From assembly GCA_015520605.1 (NCBI GenBank), contig WAPT01000020.1, forward strand, positions 1-52,167: a DNA stretch of 52,167 bases, written 5' to 3'. The position numbers and the translations under genes are program-made. The DNA is from Nanobdellati archaeon (GTDB lineage Archaea; EX4484-52; WAPT01). Positions within the stretch are counted from its first letter, which is position 1. Every line of letters starts with the position of its first letter. Positions 39,267 to 49,099 of this stretch are shown one piece after another. The notes beneath the pieces were generated by a model. That model worked only from the letters and a program-made list of their open reading frames with translations. It had not been told where the DNA came from and did not search any database.

Positions 39267-39278
39267 GTAAGAATGTAA
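39255..39278 (+). repeat. Perfect 12-bp tandem duplication GTAAGAATGTAA x2 at the speB stop
   Basis: Read directly from the sequence. Confidence 0.9.
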
Positions 39279-39413
39279 AGTTTTAACCCCTCTTTTATAT
39301 TACTTTTTCGGTAAACTTCCTGTTATTACAAAAACAGAAAATCCAAAATTAAGCTACATCGAATAGCAGACAGGCGAAATCCTTATAAAATTCCGAACCA
39401 TCTCCTTCTCTTC

Positions 39414-40187
39414 ATGATTGATGTGCACTGTCATCTTGAACAAAAGGACTATGACGAAGATCTGGATGAGGTTATAGAGAGGGCCAAACAAACTGGGCTT
39501 AAAGCCATCATCACCTGCTGTGCCAACCCCACCGATCTTGAAAAAAGTCTGAATATAATTGAAAAATACAGGGGCTTCGTGTTCTTAACCGCATCCCTTC
39601 ACCCAATCCATGTGCCTGAGTACACCGATAATCAGATCGAAGAGTTTATGAAACGGCTGGAGAGTTTGAAGAATAAAATTGTGGGTATAGGAGAGGCTGG
39701 CCTGGACTATTACTGGGTAAAGGACGAAAAACAAAGAGCAAGACAAATGGAGGTTTTCCGAATGCATATAGAACTAGCAAAAAAACTCAAACTACCCCTT
39801 ATAGTGCATAGCAGAGATGGTCACGATGATACTGTTGCTATTCTTGACGAGTACGACTATGATAGAGTGCTGTGGCACTTCTTTGGTGTGAAGGACAGGG
39901 TGGATTGGTTGGTTGAGCACAAATACAGAGCATCTTTTAATACTCTGTTATTGAGAAGTAAGACTCACAAAAAGATAGTTAAAAAAATACCCATGGAGCT
40001 GATTATGCTTGAAACCGATGCGCCATGGCTTGGGTTTGGTAAAAGAAACGAGCCTTCAGCCATAGTTAAAGTGGCCGGGAAAATTGCTGAGATTAAAAAG
40101 ATGAGCTTCGAGGAAGTCTGGCAGACATGCGGAAGGAATGCTATGGAGTTCTTCAAGCTGGGAACAAGTTTTCGAAGCTCCGGTTGA
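39414..40187 (+). CDS. tatD: TatD family metal-dependent nuclease/hydrolase
   Basis: DVHCHL, LHP, GEAGLDY, HSR and ETDAP motifs. Confidence 0.95.
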   Translation: MIDVHCHLEQKDYDEDLDEVIERAKQTGLKAIITCCANPTDLEKSLNIIEKYRGFVFLTASLHPIHVPEYTDNQIEEFMKRLESLKNKIVGIGEAGLDYYWVKDEKQRARQMEVFRMHIELAKKLKLPLIVHSRDGHDDTVAILDEYDYDRVLWHFFGVKDRVDWLVEHKYRASFNTLLLRSKTHKKIVKKIPMELIMLETDAPWLGFGKRNEPSAIVKVAGKIAEIKKMSFEEVWQTCGRNAMEFFKLGTSFRSSG

Positions 40188-40277
40188 CAAAACCATTCTG
40201 CAGATTGCGAAAAATAATAATCAGAGCGACCAAACAAATATAAAGGTCGTGCAAAAAAAACAAATTAGGGAGGCGGT

Positions 40278-41435
40278 ATGAGCGTTAAAAACAGCAACCC
40301 GTACGAGTATGGGGACTCGGGTTCAAACATAAGGGTGAGATCACTCACCCTTGAGGAGGAGAACGAGCTACTTCGCGATTCATTAAGGGAGTTGCAAGAG
40401 GAGCTGGAAAAGTTCAGAAAGCCACCATTAATAGTTTCAAGTGTGGTTGACGTCATCTCTCCAGAGAAGGTGGTTGTGAGGCTTAACAGCGGTGATTTCT
40501 GCGTCAATGTGGCAAAGGAGCTTGTCGGGAAGCTCGAACCCGATGACAGAGTGATCCTTGAGCAGCGCTCCCTCACAGTCCTCGAGAGAATAGGCAAGTC
40601 CAAGTACTTTGATGTCACAAAATTCGTTATAGTAGAGAAACCGAAGGTCAGCTGGAACGATATAGGTGGGCTTGAGGAGCAGATAAGGGAGATAAGAGAA
40701 GTCATAGAGCTACCACTCACAAACCCCCACATTTTCGAGAAAGTGGGTATAACTCCACCTAAAGGTGTGCTTTTATACGGTCCGCCAGGGACAGGTAAGA
40801 CTCTGCTTGCAAAGGCTGTGGCCGCTAACAGTAACGCCACATTTATTGAAGTTGTTGGCTCCGAGCTCGTGCAGAAGTTCATTGGAGAGGGTGCCAAATT
40901 CGTCAAGTCGATTTTCCAGCTCGCAAGAGAGAAAGCTCCATCCATCGTGTTTATTGACGAGCTGGATTCCATAGCCGCAAAGCGCATCGAGGTTGGTACA
41001 TCTGGAGAGAGGGAAGTGCAGAGGACATTCATGCAGCTTCTTGCCGAGATAGACGGTTTCAAGCCGCTGGGTAACGTTAAGGTGATAGGCGCAACAAACA
41101 GACTTGACATTCTCGATCCGGCGATCCTCAGGCCGGGGAGGCTCGACCGTCTGATTCATGTACCAAAGCCCAATTTCGAGGGAAGGGTGGAGATATTCAG
41201 AATACACACAAGAAAAATGAACCTTGCGGATGATGTGTCGTTTGAAAAACTCTCTCATTTCACAGACGGCATGACGGGAGCGGATATCAAAGCGATCTGT
41301 ACCGAAGCCGGTTATTTTGCCATAAGAAATAACAGGACAAAGGTTACGATGGAGGACTTTGAAAACGCGATAGAAAAGGTCAAGAAAAAGATAAAGAAAA
41401 ATGAAAGACTGGAACACAGCTGGATGTACAGCTGA
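40278..41435 (+). CDS. pan: Proteasome-activating nucleotidase
   Basis: Coiled coil, OB domain, GPPGTGKT, IFIDELD, RPGRLDR and a C-terminal HbYX (MYS). Confidence 0.96.
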   Translation: MSVKNSNPYEYGDSGSNIRVRSLTLEEENELLRDSLRELQEELEKFRKPPLIVSSVVDVISPEKVVVRLNSGDFCVNVAKELVGKLEPDDRVILEQRSLTVLERIGKSKYFDVTKFVIVEKPKVSWNDIGGLEEQIREIREVIELPLTNPHIFEKVGITPPKGVLLYGPPGTGKTLLAKAVAANSNATFIEVVGSELVQKFIGEGAKFVKSIFQLAREKAPSIVFIDELDSIAAKRIEVGTSGEREVQRTFMQLLAEIDGFKPLGNVKVIGATNRLDILDPAILRPGRLDRLIHVPKPNFEGRVEIFRIHTRKMNLADDVSFEKLSHFTDGMTGADIKAICTEAGYFAIRNNRTKVTMEDFENAIEKVKKKIKKNERLEHSWMYS

Positions 41436-41449
41436 ATGGGGATGCTCCA

Positions 41450-42076
41450 GTGAGAATAGTCAGAGCCGGAAAAGGAAAAGTCGAAAAATCCTCACTGTTC
41501 ATTAGGCCTGCTGACCTTATAACCACCGTTCGATGGCTTCTTGCAGTTGTGTTAGCAGTTATCCTGGCATTCTCTCCCGGTAAACTGAATGTTTGTGCGG
41601 GGATGGCGGCAATTATCCTTATCTTCTTCATGGATTATCTGGACGGTATGCTCGCAAGAAGATTTGAAGGACACGACAATTGTAATGTTGAGGGTGCTTT
41701 CTACGATATAGCGGGAGACAGGACTGTGGAGTGCGTGCTGCAGGTTCCGTTTGTTTATGCTGCTGTTCTCAATCCTCTCGTGTTGATCTACTATCTATCA
41801 AAAAATTTTATGATAGATCACATACGGTATGTCATTGCTTTAAAGTCAAGAAAAGCTCCGTTCATGCAGGGAAAAACCCGGATGTTTGTTGGGTTGGTCT
41901 CCTCCAGGATTATGAGAGGTCTATACGGCTTCATGAAAGTACTCATGTTCCTCCTGCTTCTTCTTGCGATGTACAACACCGGCTTTACTCACCTTGCTAA
42001 TATTATAGCATACATCACAGTTTTTATTTCCATTTTGAGGACGGCCCCTGTTGTAATTGAGTTCGTGAGAGGATGA
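41450..42076 (+). CDS. CDP-alcohol phosphatidyltransferase family protein
   Basis: DYLDGMLARR...GAFYDIAGDR signature. Confidence 0.9.
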   Translation: MRIVRAGKGKVEKSSLFIRPADLITTVRWLLAVVLAVILAFSPGKLNVCAGMAAIILIFFMDYLDGMLARRFEGHDNCNVEGAFYDIAGDRTVECVLQVPFVYAAVLNPLVLIYYLSKNFMIDHIRYVIALKSRKAPFMQGKTRMFVGLVSSRIMRGLYGFMKVLMFLLLLLAMYNTGFTHLANIIAYITVFISILRTAPVVIEFVRG

Positions 42077-42225
42077 AAAATTTAAAAAACAAGGAAAATT
42101 TGTGCATCTTCATTTTATTTCACTGATTATAGAGAGATGTTGTGTGCTTGGCACGAAAGCATGCCACAAGATAACACATCTTGGCGACATATATTTTTTA
42201 TTATTAATTTCCGCTATTAAACCCT

Positions 42226-42834
42226 ATGCTCGAATTGAATGACAAGAAAGCGCTCTACGTTGTGTTTGAAGGTATGGATGCAAGCGGAAAGAGCACCCAA
42301 GCAAGAATGCTCGCTGATTTTCTTTCCTCCCAAGGTTTCAGTGTGTTCTTTTTTGCCGAGCCGACAGGCGGTGTTGTGGGGCGCTTCCTGAAGGAAAGGA
42401 TGTTGAAGAGTAAGAATTACGCTCCCGAAACAATAGCTTTGTGTTTTGCTGCCGATCGAGTTATTTTCAGGGATGAAAAGCTGATGGAAGCGCTGAAAAC
42501 CCACGATGTGGTGGTTGCCGATAGGAGCTACTATTCCTCGCTTGTTTACCAGACGGTTATGGGGCTCGATTATCACTGGGTAAAGGAGATCAACCGCTTT
42601 GCCATAAAGCCAGATATTGCATTTGTTCTTGACATTCCGCTAGAGGAGTATGTAAGAAGGAAGGGCACAACCGAGATCATCTTTGAAAACGAGGCGTTTC
42701 AGAAAAAAGTGAGGGATATGTATCTGAAGCTGCCGGAGCTTCTACCCCACGACAACATCATCATTCTGGACGGCACCAGACCTAAGGAAAATTTGCACGA
42801 GGAGATAAGGAAAAAGATCGTTGCATTGATCTGA
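42226..42834 (+). CDS. tmk: Thymidylate kinase
   Basis: FEGMDASGKSTQ, EP, FAADR and DRSYYSSLVYQ motifs. Confidence 0.96.
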   Translation: MLELNDKKALYVVFEGMDASGKSTQARMLADFLSSQGFSVFFFAEPTGGVVGRFLKERMLKSKNYAPETIALCFAADRVIFRDEKLMEALKTHDVVVADRSYYSSLVYQTVMGLDYHWVKEINRFAIKPDIAFVLDIPLEEYVRRKGTTEIIFENEAFQKKVRDMYLKLPELLPHDNIIILDGTRPKENLHEEIRKKIVALI

Positions 42835-42871
42835 CATTTTCCTTTTAAATTTTTCATCCGAATTTGACAGC

Positions 42872-43834
42872 ATGGATGAAAGGAGCAACAATGCACTTCA
42901 TGAAAAGCTCGAGCTATTCAAGAAAACTCTGAAAAGACAACATTACGGAATTGTGGGTGATCATTCGGCAGTTAAGGTCTGTGAATGGACTAAGAAGAGC
43001 ATAAAGGATCAGGGTGTGTGCTACAAAGAGAAGTTTTATTATAACCATTATGGTATTCAGAGCCATACATGCTTGCAGATGAGTCCTGCTGCCTTCTTCT
43101 GCCCGAACCGCTGCATATACTGCTGGAGAGCCATAGAGCAGACAGTGAGTGCTGACATGACCTCTTTCCCACTCATGGATGAGCCTGCAAGCATAATAGA
43201 TGGTTGTATTCAGCAGCACCGAAAGCTGCTTTCCGGGCTTAAAGGCTATGCTGGCACGAACATGAAGAAGTGGGAAGAAGCCCAGAATCCAAAAAATGCG
43301 GCTATAAGTCTGATAGGGGAACCAACAGCATATCCTCTTATTTCGGATCTGATTAAGGAGTTTCATAGGCGTGGATTTACAACATTTCTTGTAACGAATG
43401 GACAGTTTCCGGAAAGGCTTGAAAAGTTGGAAGAGAGGCCCACGCAACTTTACCTCTCTCTCGATGCACCAAACCCGGAAATTTATAGACGTGTTGACTG
43501 TCCCACACTTCCCGACTTTTGGGACAGGCTTATGAGGACTGTAGAGTTCCTCTCCGCTTATGATGGCAGGAAGTGTGTCAGGTTAACGATGATTAAGGGA
43601 TACAACACCTCTAACTGGGAAGAGTATGCCAAACTCATTGAGAGGATAAACCCCCATTTCGTTGAGGTTAAAGCATACATGTACCTCGGTTTTTCACGAT
43701 ACAGGTTAAAGGAAGAAAACATGCCGTATCACCACGACATAATAGAATATGCTTCAAAACTGAATGAATATCTTAACTACAATTGGGCTGGAGAGGACGA
43801 GCGCAGCAGGGTCGTGCTCCTGAGCAGGATATAA
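42872..43834 (+). CDS. taw1: 4-demethylwyosine synthase Taw1/TYW1 (radical SAM)
   Basis: HSAVKVCEW, CYKEKFY, CPNRCIYCWR and AISLIGEP motifs. Confidence 0.96.
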   Translation: MDERSNNALHEKLELFKKTLKRQHYGIVGDHSAVKVCEWTKKSIKDQGVCYKEKFYYNHYGIQSHTCLQMSPAAFFCPNRCIYCWRAIEQTVSADMTSFPLMDEPASIIDGCIQQHRKLLSGLKGYAGTNMKKWEEAQNPKNAAISLIGEPTAYPLISDLIKEFHRRGFTTFLVTNGQFPERLEKLEERPTQLYLSLDAPNPEIYRRVDCPTLPDFWDRLMRTVEFLSAYDGRKCVRLTMIKGYNTSNWEEYAKLIERINPHFVEVKAYMYLGFSRYRLKEENMPYHHDIIEYASKLNEYLNYNWAGEDERSRVVLLSRI

Positions 43835-43892
43835 AGGGATTTTGGTTGGATTCAGGAAAAACCTTTTATTTTTCCACCCTCCTCTTCTGATC

Positions 43893-44420
43893 ATGGAAAT
43901 AAAAAACGACCTATGGTACAGATTGCTCCATCCAAAAATCGCTTGCCTGCTGGTTGTTGATACCAACATCATGACGCTTGCCTGGGCGATGCCTGTTGAT
44001 GATGAAGCAAAGGTTCTTGCTATCTCCATGTGGAAGGGTAACTACAGTTACGAGCTGATTGAAAGGAGGAAAGAGTTCGTTCTTTGCATACCCACAGCTG
44101 AGATGCTGAGAGAAGTGTGGTTCTGCGGGACAAGGAGCGGAAGGGAAGTAAACAAAGTGGAAGAGCTTAGCATCCAGATGGAAAATGGCGTGAAAATAAA
44201 AACACCCCACATTAAAGGATGTGCAGCATTTCTGGAATGCAGAGTGATGGATTCAGCACTACACAAACAATTTGGAGAACATGTAGTGTACTTTGCCGAA
44301 GTGTTGTACGCATGGGCTGATGACAAACTCTTTGATAGAACATGGAAGGAAAATGCTAACATTTTACTTCATGTTGGAAGCAGATTTTTTACAACCCCAT
44401 CGAGATTTTTGAGAGCTTAA
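43893..44420 (+). CDS. Flavin reductase-like FMN-binding protein
   Basis: YRLLHP, NIMTLAW, CGTRSGR, LECRV and GEH motifs. Confidence 0.9.
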   Translation: MEIKNDLWYRLLHPKIACLLVVDTNIMTLAWAMPVDDEAKVLAISMWKGNYSYELIERRKEFVLCIPTAEMLREVWFCGTRSGREVNKVEELSIQMENGVKIKTPHIKGCAAFLECRVMDSALHKQFGEHVVYFAEVLYAWADDKLFDRTWKENANILLHVGSRFFTTPSRFLRA

Positions 44421-44516
44421 TCATCACAAAAATCTTAAAAAGCTCGGAATCCCCTTGCTGATTAAAGATGAAAATTGATGAGGTTCTCGATTTTCAAAAA
44501 GGTGAGGTGATGTCCC

Positions 44517-45308
44517 TTGCTCAATGATATCATGAGGGAGATAAAAAGAACTCAGGTTTTGGTTTTTGCGGGAGGTATGGCTAAAAGGATGGGATACCTC
44601 GATAAGCCGAAAGCGCTTCTGGAGGTTAACGGCAAACCTTTAATAGACCACACACTTGAAATGTGCACGGGCTGTGGTTTCGAGGATTTCGTTTTCCTGC
44701 TCGGACATAAAAGCGAGGACATAATCTCCCACCTCAAAAAGTGGGAGGGTAAAATAAACATGAGATACTCCGTCGAGTCTGAGCACATTAAGGGAAAGGG
44801 TAAGGCCTTCAAGTTTGCTCTGGAAAATGGTAAGATAGACAGAAACAGGAGAAGCCTTGTGGTATTTCCCGATGATCTTGTGCTTGATCCCACACTACCG
44901 CTTCAAGCACTACTACACCACCTTACTGGGGTCAGAAGTTTTGGAATAAAAGCCACGATCGTTTTCACAACAGGAACGGAATATCCCTTCGGTGTCGGAG
45001 AGATAGACAGCTACGGAATAGTTTACGATTTTGTGGAGAAGCCTTTCATAGAAAAACCCACCTCCATAGGTATGTACCTGCTCGAGCCTTACGTTTACGA
45101 GCTTGTGGACAAGAAGATAGATCTGAATGCCAGCAATGGTGTTGAGTTTGAGAGCATGATCCTTCCCGTGCTTGCTGAGGAGAAAGCTCTGTATTCCTTC
45201 CTGATACCGCCAAACCTCTGGATACCTGTAAACACCATTAAGGAGTACGAATTAGCCAACAAAGTTATGAAAAGACTCGAGGAAAATAAAGAAGAGGAAA
45301 AAGAGTGA
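44517..45308 (+). CDS. NDP-sugar pyrophosphorylase-family nucleotidyltransferase
   Basis: AGGMAKRM...PKALL, FVEKP and WIPVNT motifs. Confidence 0.88.
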   Translation: MLNDIMREIKRTQVLVFAGGMAKRMGYLDKPKALLEVNGKPLIDHTLEMCTGCGFEDFVFLLGHKSEDIISHLKKWEGKINMRYSVESEHIKGKGKAFKFALENGKIDRNRRSLVVFPDDLVLDPTLPLQALLHHLTGVRSFGIKATIVFTTGTEYPFGVGEIDSYGIVYDFVEKPFIEKPTSIGMYLLEPYVYELVDKKIDLNASNGVEFESMILPVLAEEKALYSFLIPPNLWIPVNTIKEYELANKVMKRLEENKEEEKE

Positions 45309-45352
45309 TAGTTTATTTTTCCTCATTCTCTTCTCTTTGTTTTCGTTTTTTA

Positions 45353-45898
45353 TTATTCTGTTTTTTCCTCCAGCTTAACGACCTTCTTACCCCTTTCTTG
45401 AGGCAAGATCTTTAGCTTGGCTCTCTCAAACTCCTCCTTAAGATTTCTATCAAAAAGCTCGTAAAGGAAAACAACCAGAGCTCCCACTTCACTGTGGGGC
45501 TGATTGCCTATGGCGATGTTGTAGTCCGCAAGCCTGTAAAGCTCAGAAGGAACCTTCTCACTTCCTACTACCACACACAGTTTTCTGCTGGATGCTTCCT
45601 CCCTGATCCTATTCATCCTTTGCTGGAAGGGCATCCCGTACATTGTGAGGTGAACCTTAACACCATTAAACGCTTTTAGCCATCTTTTCCAGTTCCTCTC
45701 ATAGGAGATAAAGAAGGGGCCACCCCACCTCTCCACAACATCCATGATGCTTTTTTCCATTACTTCGTCCTTCTCTCCAGAATAAATTACGCCGCTTGCC
45801 CCAAAAGCTCTTGCAACAAGAGCCACATGTGTGCTTATACGCTTATCCCTCTCCTTTCGGTGCCCAAGTCTAAAAACAATAACTTTAGCCACCATCAC
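45353..45898 (-). CDS. trm56: tRNA (cytidine-56-2'-O)-methyltransferase
   Basis: RLGHRKERDKRISTHV, HLTMYG, GSEKVP and GNQPHSEV motifs. Confidence 0.97.
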   Translation of the reverse strand: MMVAKVIVFRLGHRKERDKRISTHVALVARAFGASGVIYSGEKDEVMEKSIMDVVERWGGPFFISYERNWKRWLKAFNGVKVHLTMYGMPFQQRMNRIREEASSRKLCVVVGSEKVPSELYRLADYNIAIGNQPHSEVGALVVFLYELFDRNLKEEFERAKLKILPQERGKKVVKLEEKTE

Positions 45899-45913
45899 TT
45901 CTAATTTGAGGGT

Positions 45914-46747
45914 TCAGGTTTTTATAACCGTACCAAGCCCCACCTCTCCCATGAGCGCTCTCTTAACATACCCCGCTCTATTGCCATTGATTATCTCTGC
46001 AACGATGCCCTCCAGTTCCATCAGCTCCTCAATTTTCCTTACCATCCCCCCAGTCACGTCAAAGTACGCTGAACCACTAAGCATATCCAGTACCTCTTTA
46101 ACGTTCTCTCTCGTTATTTCCTTTATCAACTTTGCATCCTTGTGTTTTTTGGGATCCTTATCATATATGCCATCTACATCGCTTGCATGGATCAGCCTGT
46201 TAGGCTTCAGCTTTCTCGCAAGATACTTCATAATTTCATCTCCTGAAAGAATGCCGCCACCAAGCTTTTTGTCATAAGCCGGTACACCGTAGAGCACAGG
46301 CACCAGCCCCACCGAGACCATACCTTTTATCGCCTCGATGTCCATGTGGACAAGGCTCTCATTTTCAAGCACGGCACTTGCTGAAGCCTGCACGGGTGTT
46401 GCAGGTACGTGATGATTTTGGAGGTAAGCGCATACTTTAGCGTTCAACTCATTCTGGAGCCTCTGAATCTCAGCAAACCCCAGAAGCTTTCTTTCATACT
46501 CGTTCTCCTTCAGAGCCTTGTAAAGCGTCGCCAATACATGCCCGTAGCTACCGGCCCCATGTATCAGAATGAGAGCGAGGTCTTTCCTCTCATTCCAGGC
46601 TTCCCCTATCTCTTTTGCAAGTCTCTTGACGTTATCCTTGTGGAGCGTGGGCATCCATCTATTCTTGTAGGTTATTATGGATCCGCCAAGCTTCATGATC
46701 ACAAAGTCTCGGATCTCCCGGCCATTAGTTCCTCTCCCTATGGCCAT
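45914..46747 (-). CDS. ipk: Isopentenyl phosphate kinase
   Basis: KLGGSIITYK, HGAGSYGH (IPK signature His), ILSGD, DVTGGM; located in the MVA cluster. Confidence 0.93.
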   Translation of the reverse strand: MAIGRGTNGREIRDFVIMKLGGSIITYKNRWMPTLHKDNVKRLAKEIGEAWNERKDLALILIHGAGSYGHVLATLYKALKENEYERKLLGFAEIQRLQNELNAKVCAYLQNHHVPATPVQASASAVLENESLVHMDIEAIKGMVSVGLVPVLYGVPAYDKKLGGGILSGDEIMKYLARKLKPNRLIHASDVDGIYDKDPKKHKDAKLIKEITRENVKEVLDMLSGSAYFDVTGGMVRKIEELMELEGIVAEIINGNRAGYVKRALMGEVGLGTVIKT

Positions 46748-46748
46748 A

Positions 46749-47372
46749 TCAGCACCACCTCTCATAATTATAGTTTACCCCTATCTGATCCATAACCTTG
46801 CCGATTATGTTTTTGATCATGGCTTCACCTGAAGGAAAAATAAAACCCTCCCGAAAGCTGTCGCCCGTGCCTTTGCTTACCTTAATTTTTCTTCCATAAA
46901 AGCTCATCATCATGGGGAGTATTATCGCACCTTCTTGAGCGAGTCTAAGCATGTTTTCAATATGTGCTTTCCTCACTGGAGTTTCCCTGACACAGAGCAC
47001 AAGCTTCCTGCCCTCCTTCAGAGTAACGCTCGCAGCCCTGATAATAAGGTTTAGCTCAGCCCCGCACGCAATTAAGGCGAGGGTTTTCATACTACACGGC
47101 AACACCACCATTCCATCATGCCTAAAAGTTCCGGAAGCTATGGGAGCGCTAAGCTCATACTCCCCATAAACACGATCGCTCCATTCTTTAATCCTGCTCA
47201 GAAAGTTCTCCTCGCTTATCCCCATCTCGTGTGCAGCCACCCTCACAGCTCCTCGGGAGTAAACAGTGTGAATCTCAAACTTACTGGTTTTCTTCAACTC
47301 TCTCAGGAACAGAACTCCAGCTACAACACCCGATGCTCCCGTTATTGCGACAACGATTCTTCTCTTCCTCAT
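46749..47372 (-). CDS. ubiX: Flavin prenyltransferase UbiX
   Basis: AITGASG, IASG, PCSMKTL, RAA.VTLKE and RETP motifs. Confidence 0.95.
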   Translation of the reverse strand: MRKRRIVVAITGASGVVAGVLFLRELKKTSKFEIHTVYSRGAVRVAAHEMGISEENFLSRIKEWSDRVYGEYELSAPIASGTFRHDGMVVLPCSMKTLALIACGAELNLIIRAASVTLKEGRKLVLCVRETPVRKAHIENMLRLAQEGAIILPMMMSFYGRKIKVSKGTGDSFREGFIFPSGEAMIKNIIGKVMDQIGVNYNYERWC

Positions 47373-47419
47373 ACTCAATACCCACACCCTCTGGTCATCT
47401 TTTGACTAACTCACACCTT

Positions 47420-47839
47420 TCATTCCAGTATTTCAACCGTCCCTTCTGTGCCATTCACCCTGACCTTTCTTGCACCTCTCAGCTCACTAATGTTGATGCC
47501 ATCGACACACGGAATCTCCGCGAGTATGCACCCCGTTGCAACTATAGCTTCAGTCTCTTCATTAACTATTGCAAGAGGTGCGACACCATTCTTTTTAAGC
47601 CCGTAAATAACATAAGAGCCGACGGTACTTCCCTTACCGTAAGGGAAAACGAGCACCTTGTTGGCTATGCTCCTGCCGTAAAGCTCATGACTCTTATCAA
47701 TAACCATACCAGTTTTCAAGTCAACGCCTCCGTAAAAGCTTATAGGCATCGCTGTAAAAATCACCTCTCCCTCCACTTCTCCATCCATCACGGGGTTTCC
47801 ATGAAGAACCCTGCGCGCCCGATGTTCCTCTGCAGCCAC
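47420..47839 (-). CDS. Phosphomevalonate dehydratase small subunit (AcnX swivel domain, DUF126)
   Basis: PISFYGGVD, HELYG, GKGSTVGSY and APLAI motifs; GTG start after a GGTGG SD. Confidence 0.93.
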   Translation of the reverse strand: MAAEEHRARRVLHGNPVMDGEVEGEVIFTAMPISFYGGVDLKTGMVIDKSHELYGRSIANKVLVFPYGKGSTVGSYVIYGLKKNGVAPLAIVNEETEAIVATGCILAEIPCVDGINISELRGARKVRVNGTEGTVEILE

Positions 47840-47856
47840 ACCACCACCCCGTTTAC

Positions 47857-49059
47857 TTAACAAAACCTTTTTATTATGTTCTCCAACTTGTCGTAAAACA
47901 CCACCTGGCTGTTCGTGTTCGGTAGATAGAACGCTGCCTTTGCGGAGTTCACAGCCATCTTTTTTATTCCGAGTTCCTCGAGCGGAGCAACAACGGGGCA
48001 TGTGTCCGCTATTATTTTCACATTCAGCTTCTCCAGCTTCTCAAGGTATCCCGCTCTTTCCGCTATGCGCTTCACGGCCTCTGATGTAAAGACCCAGATG
48101 GGCACTCTGCTGCGTTTCCCGTTAAGGATGGAGATAAGGTTCTGTATTTCCGCTATGGAAGCGTGTGGACACCCCACAGCTATAACGTCAACATCATCAA
48201 CGGCAGAACACATTTCATCGTATGCCACACGTATATCATCATTGTCAACCTTAAGTTTGTCCTCTACGTCTTTCAGATTTTTGCTCGCATTCTCCGCTTC
48301 TGGTGTTATGCCCTCAATATGGAAGAGCGCAACAGCACCATAAGCCGCAAGGCTTGCACCTAGAGCTTTAAGAGTATCCTCATCGCAGGACGATGTGCTC
48401 ATTCCCTTAAAGTACGGAATCCCTTTTCCCATAACTTTACCTACAATATAACCTAAAGCGCCGAAATCGGCAATGTCGCGTAGCTTTGCCTTCACCTCCA
48501 CAAGGAAGGTGGGTGATCTATTTTCCTCAAGATGCAATCCATACATCGGTGTTCTTCCGGTAATCGCTGCTGCTAAAGCGGAAGGACCCCCTTCCCTATT
48601 GGTTCTTGCCCCTATCACCGAATTGGCGAATGCCACAGCCGAGCTCTCACTCCAAGCTATGTGCTCTCTGTAGCGGGGCAGGAGGCCCGCAAGGTAAGGT
48701 GTGCACGTACTTATTATCACAACCCCCATCGCTCTGAAAGCCTCCACTATTCTGGTTTGCTTTTCTGCAAACTCCTCCGAAAAGCCGAGCTCCTTCCAAC
48801 CGTTAAATGGCATGCCTGCTGGGTTCATGAACGCCGGAACTTTAACTCTCGCTCCTTCTTTCGCAAACCCTTCAAGGAACTCAAGCCCTGGATCTCCTAT
48901 ATTCTTATAGGAAACTCCGGCTATCTGCGCTGAGCCTATCTTCACCATCCTCTCAGCGTTGAACTTCTCTCCCAGCTTCACAAGCAGTTTCATGCATCTT
49001 GCCACCACGTTCCCATAACTACCATCAAGCATCCTTTCCTCTTCCTTGGTTAGATACAC
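47857..49059 (-). CDS. Phosphomevalonate dehydratase large subunit (aconitase X, DUF521)
   Basis: YLTKEEE, GVSYKNIG, CTPY, WSESSA, GCPH and DTC ([4Fe-4S] Cys ligands). Confidence 0.93.
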   Translation of the reverse strand: MYLTKEEERMLDGSYGNVVARCMKLLVKLGEKFNAERMVKIGSAQIAGVSYKNIGDPGLEFLEGFAKEGARVKVPAFMNPAGMPFNGWKELGFSEEFAEKQTRIVEAFRAMGVVIISTCTPYLAGLLPRYREHIAWSESSAVAFANSVIGARTNREGGPSALAAAITGRTPMYGLHLEENRSPTFLVEVKAKLRDIADFGALGYIVGKVMGKGIPYFKGMSTSSCDEDTLKALGASLAAYGAVALFHIEGITPEAENASKNLKDVEDKLKVDNDDIRVAYDEMCSAVDDVDVIAVGCPHASIAEIQNLISILNGKRSRVPIWVFTSEAVKRIAERAGYLEKLEKLNVKIIADTCPVVAPLEELGIKKMAVNSAKAAFYLPNTNSQVVFYDKLENIIKRFC

Positions 49060-49099
49060 GGAACAACACCCGTCGCGTTGTGTATAAGCACTCAAGTTC

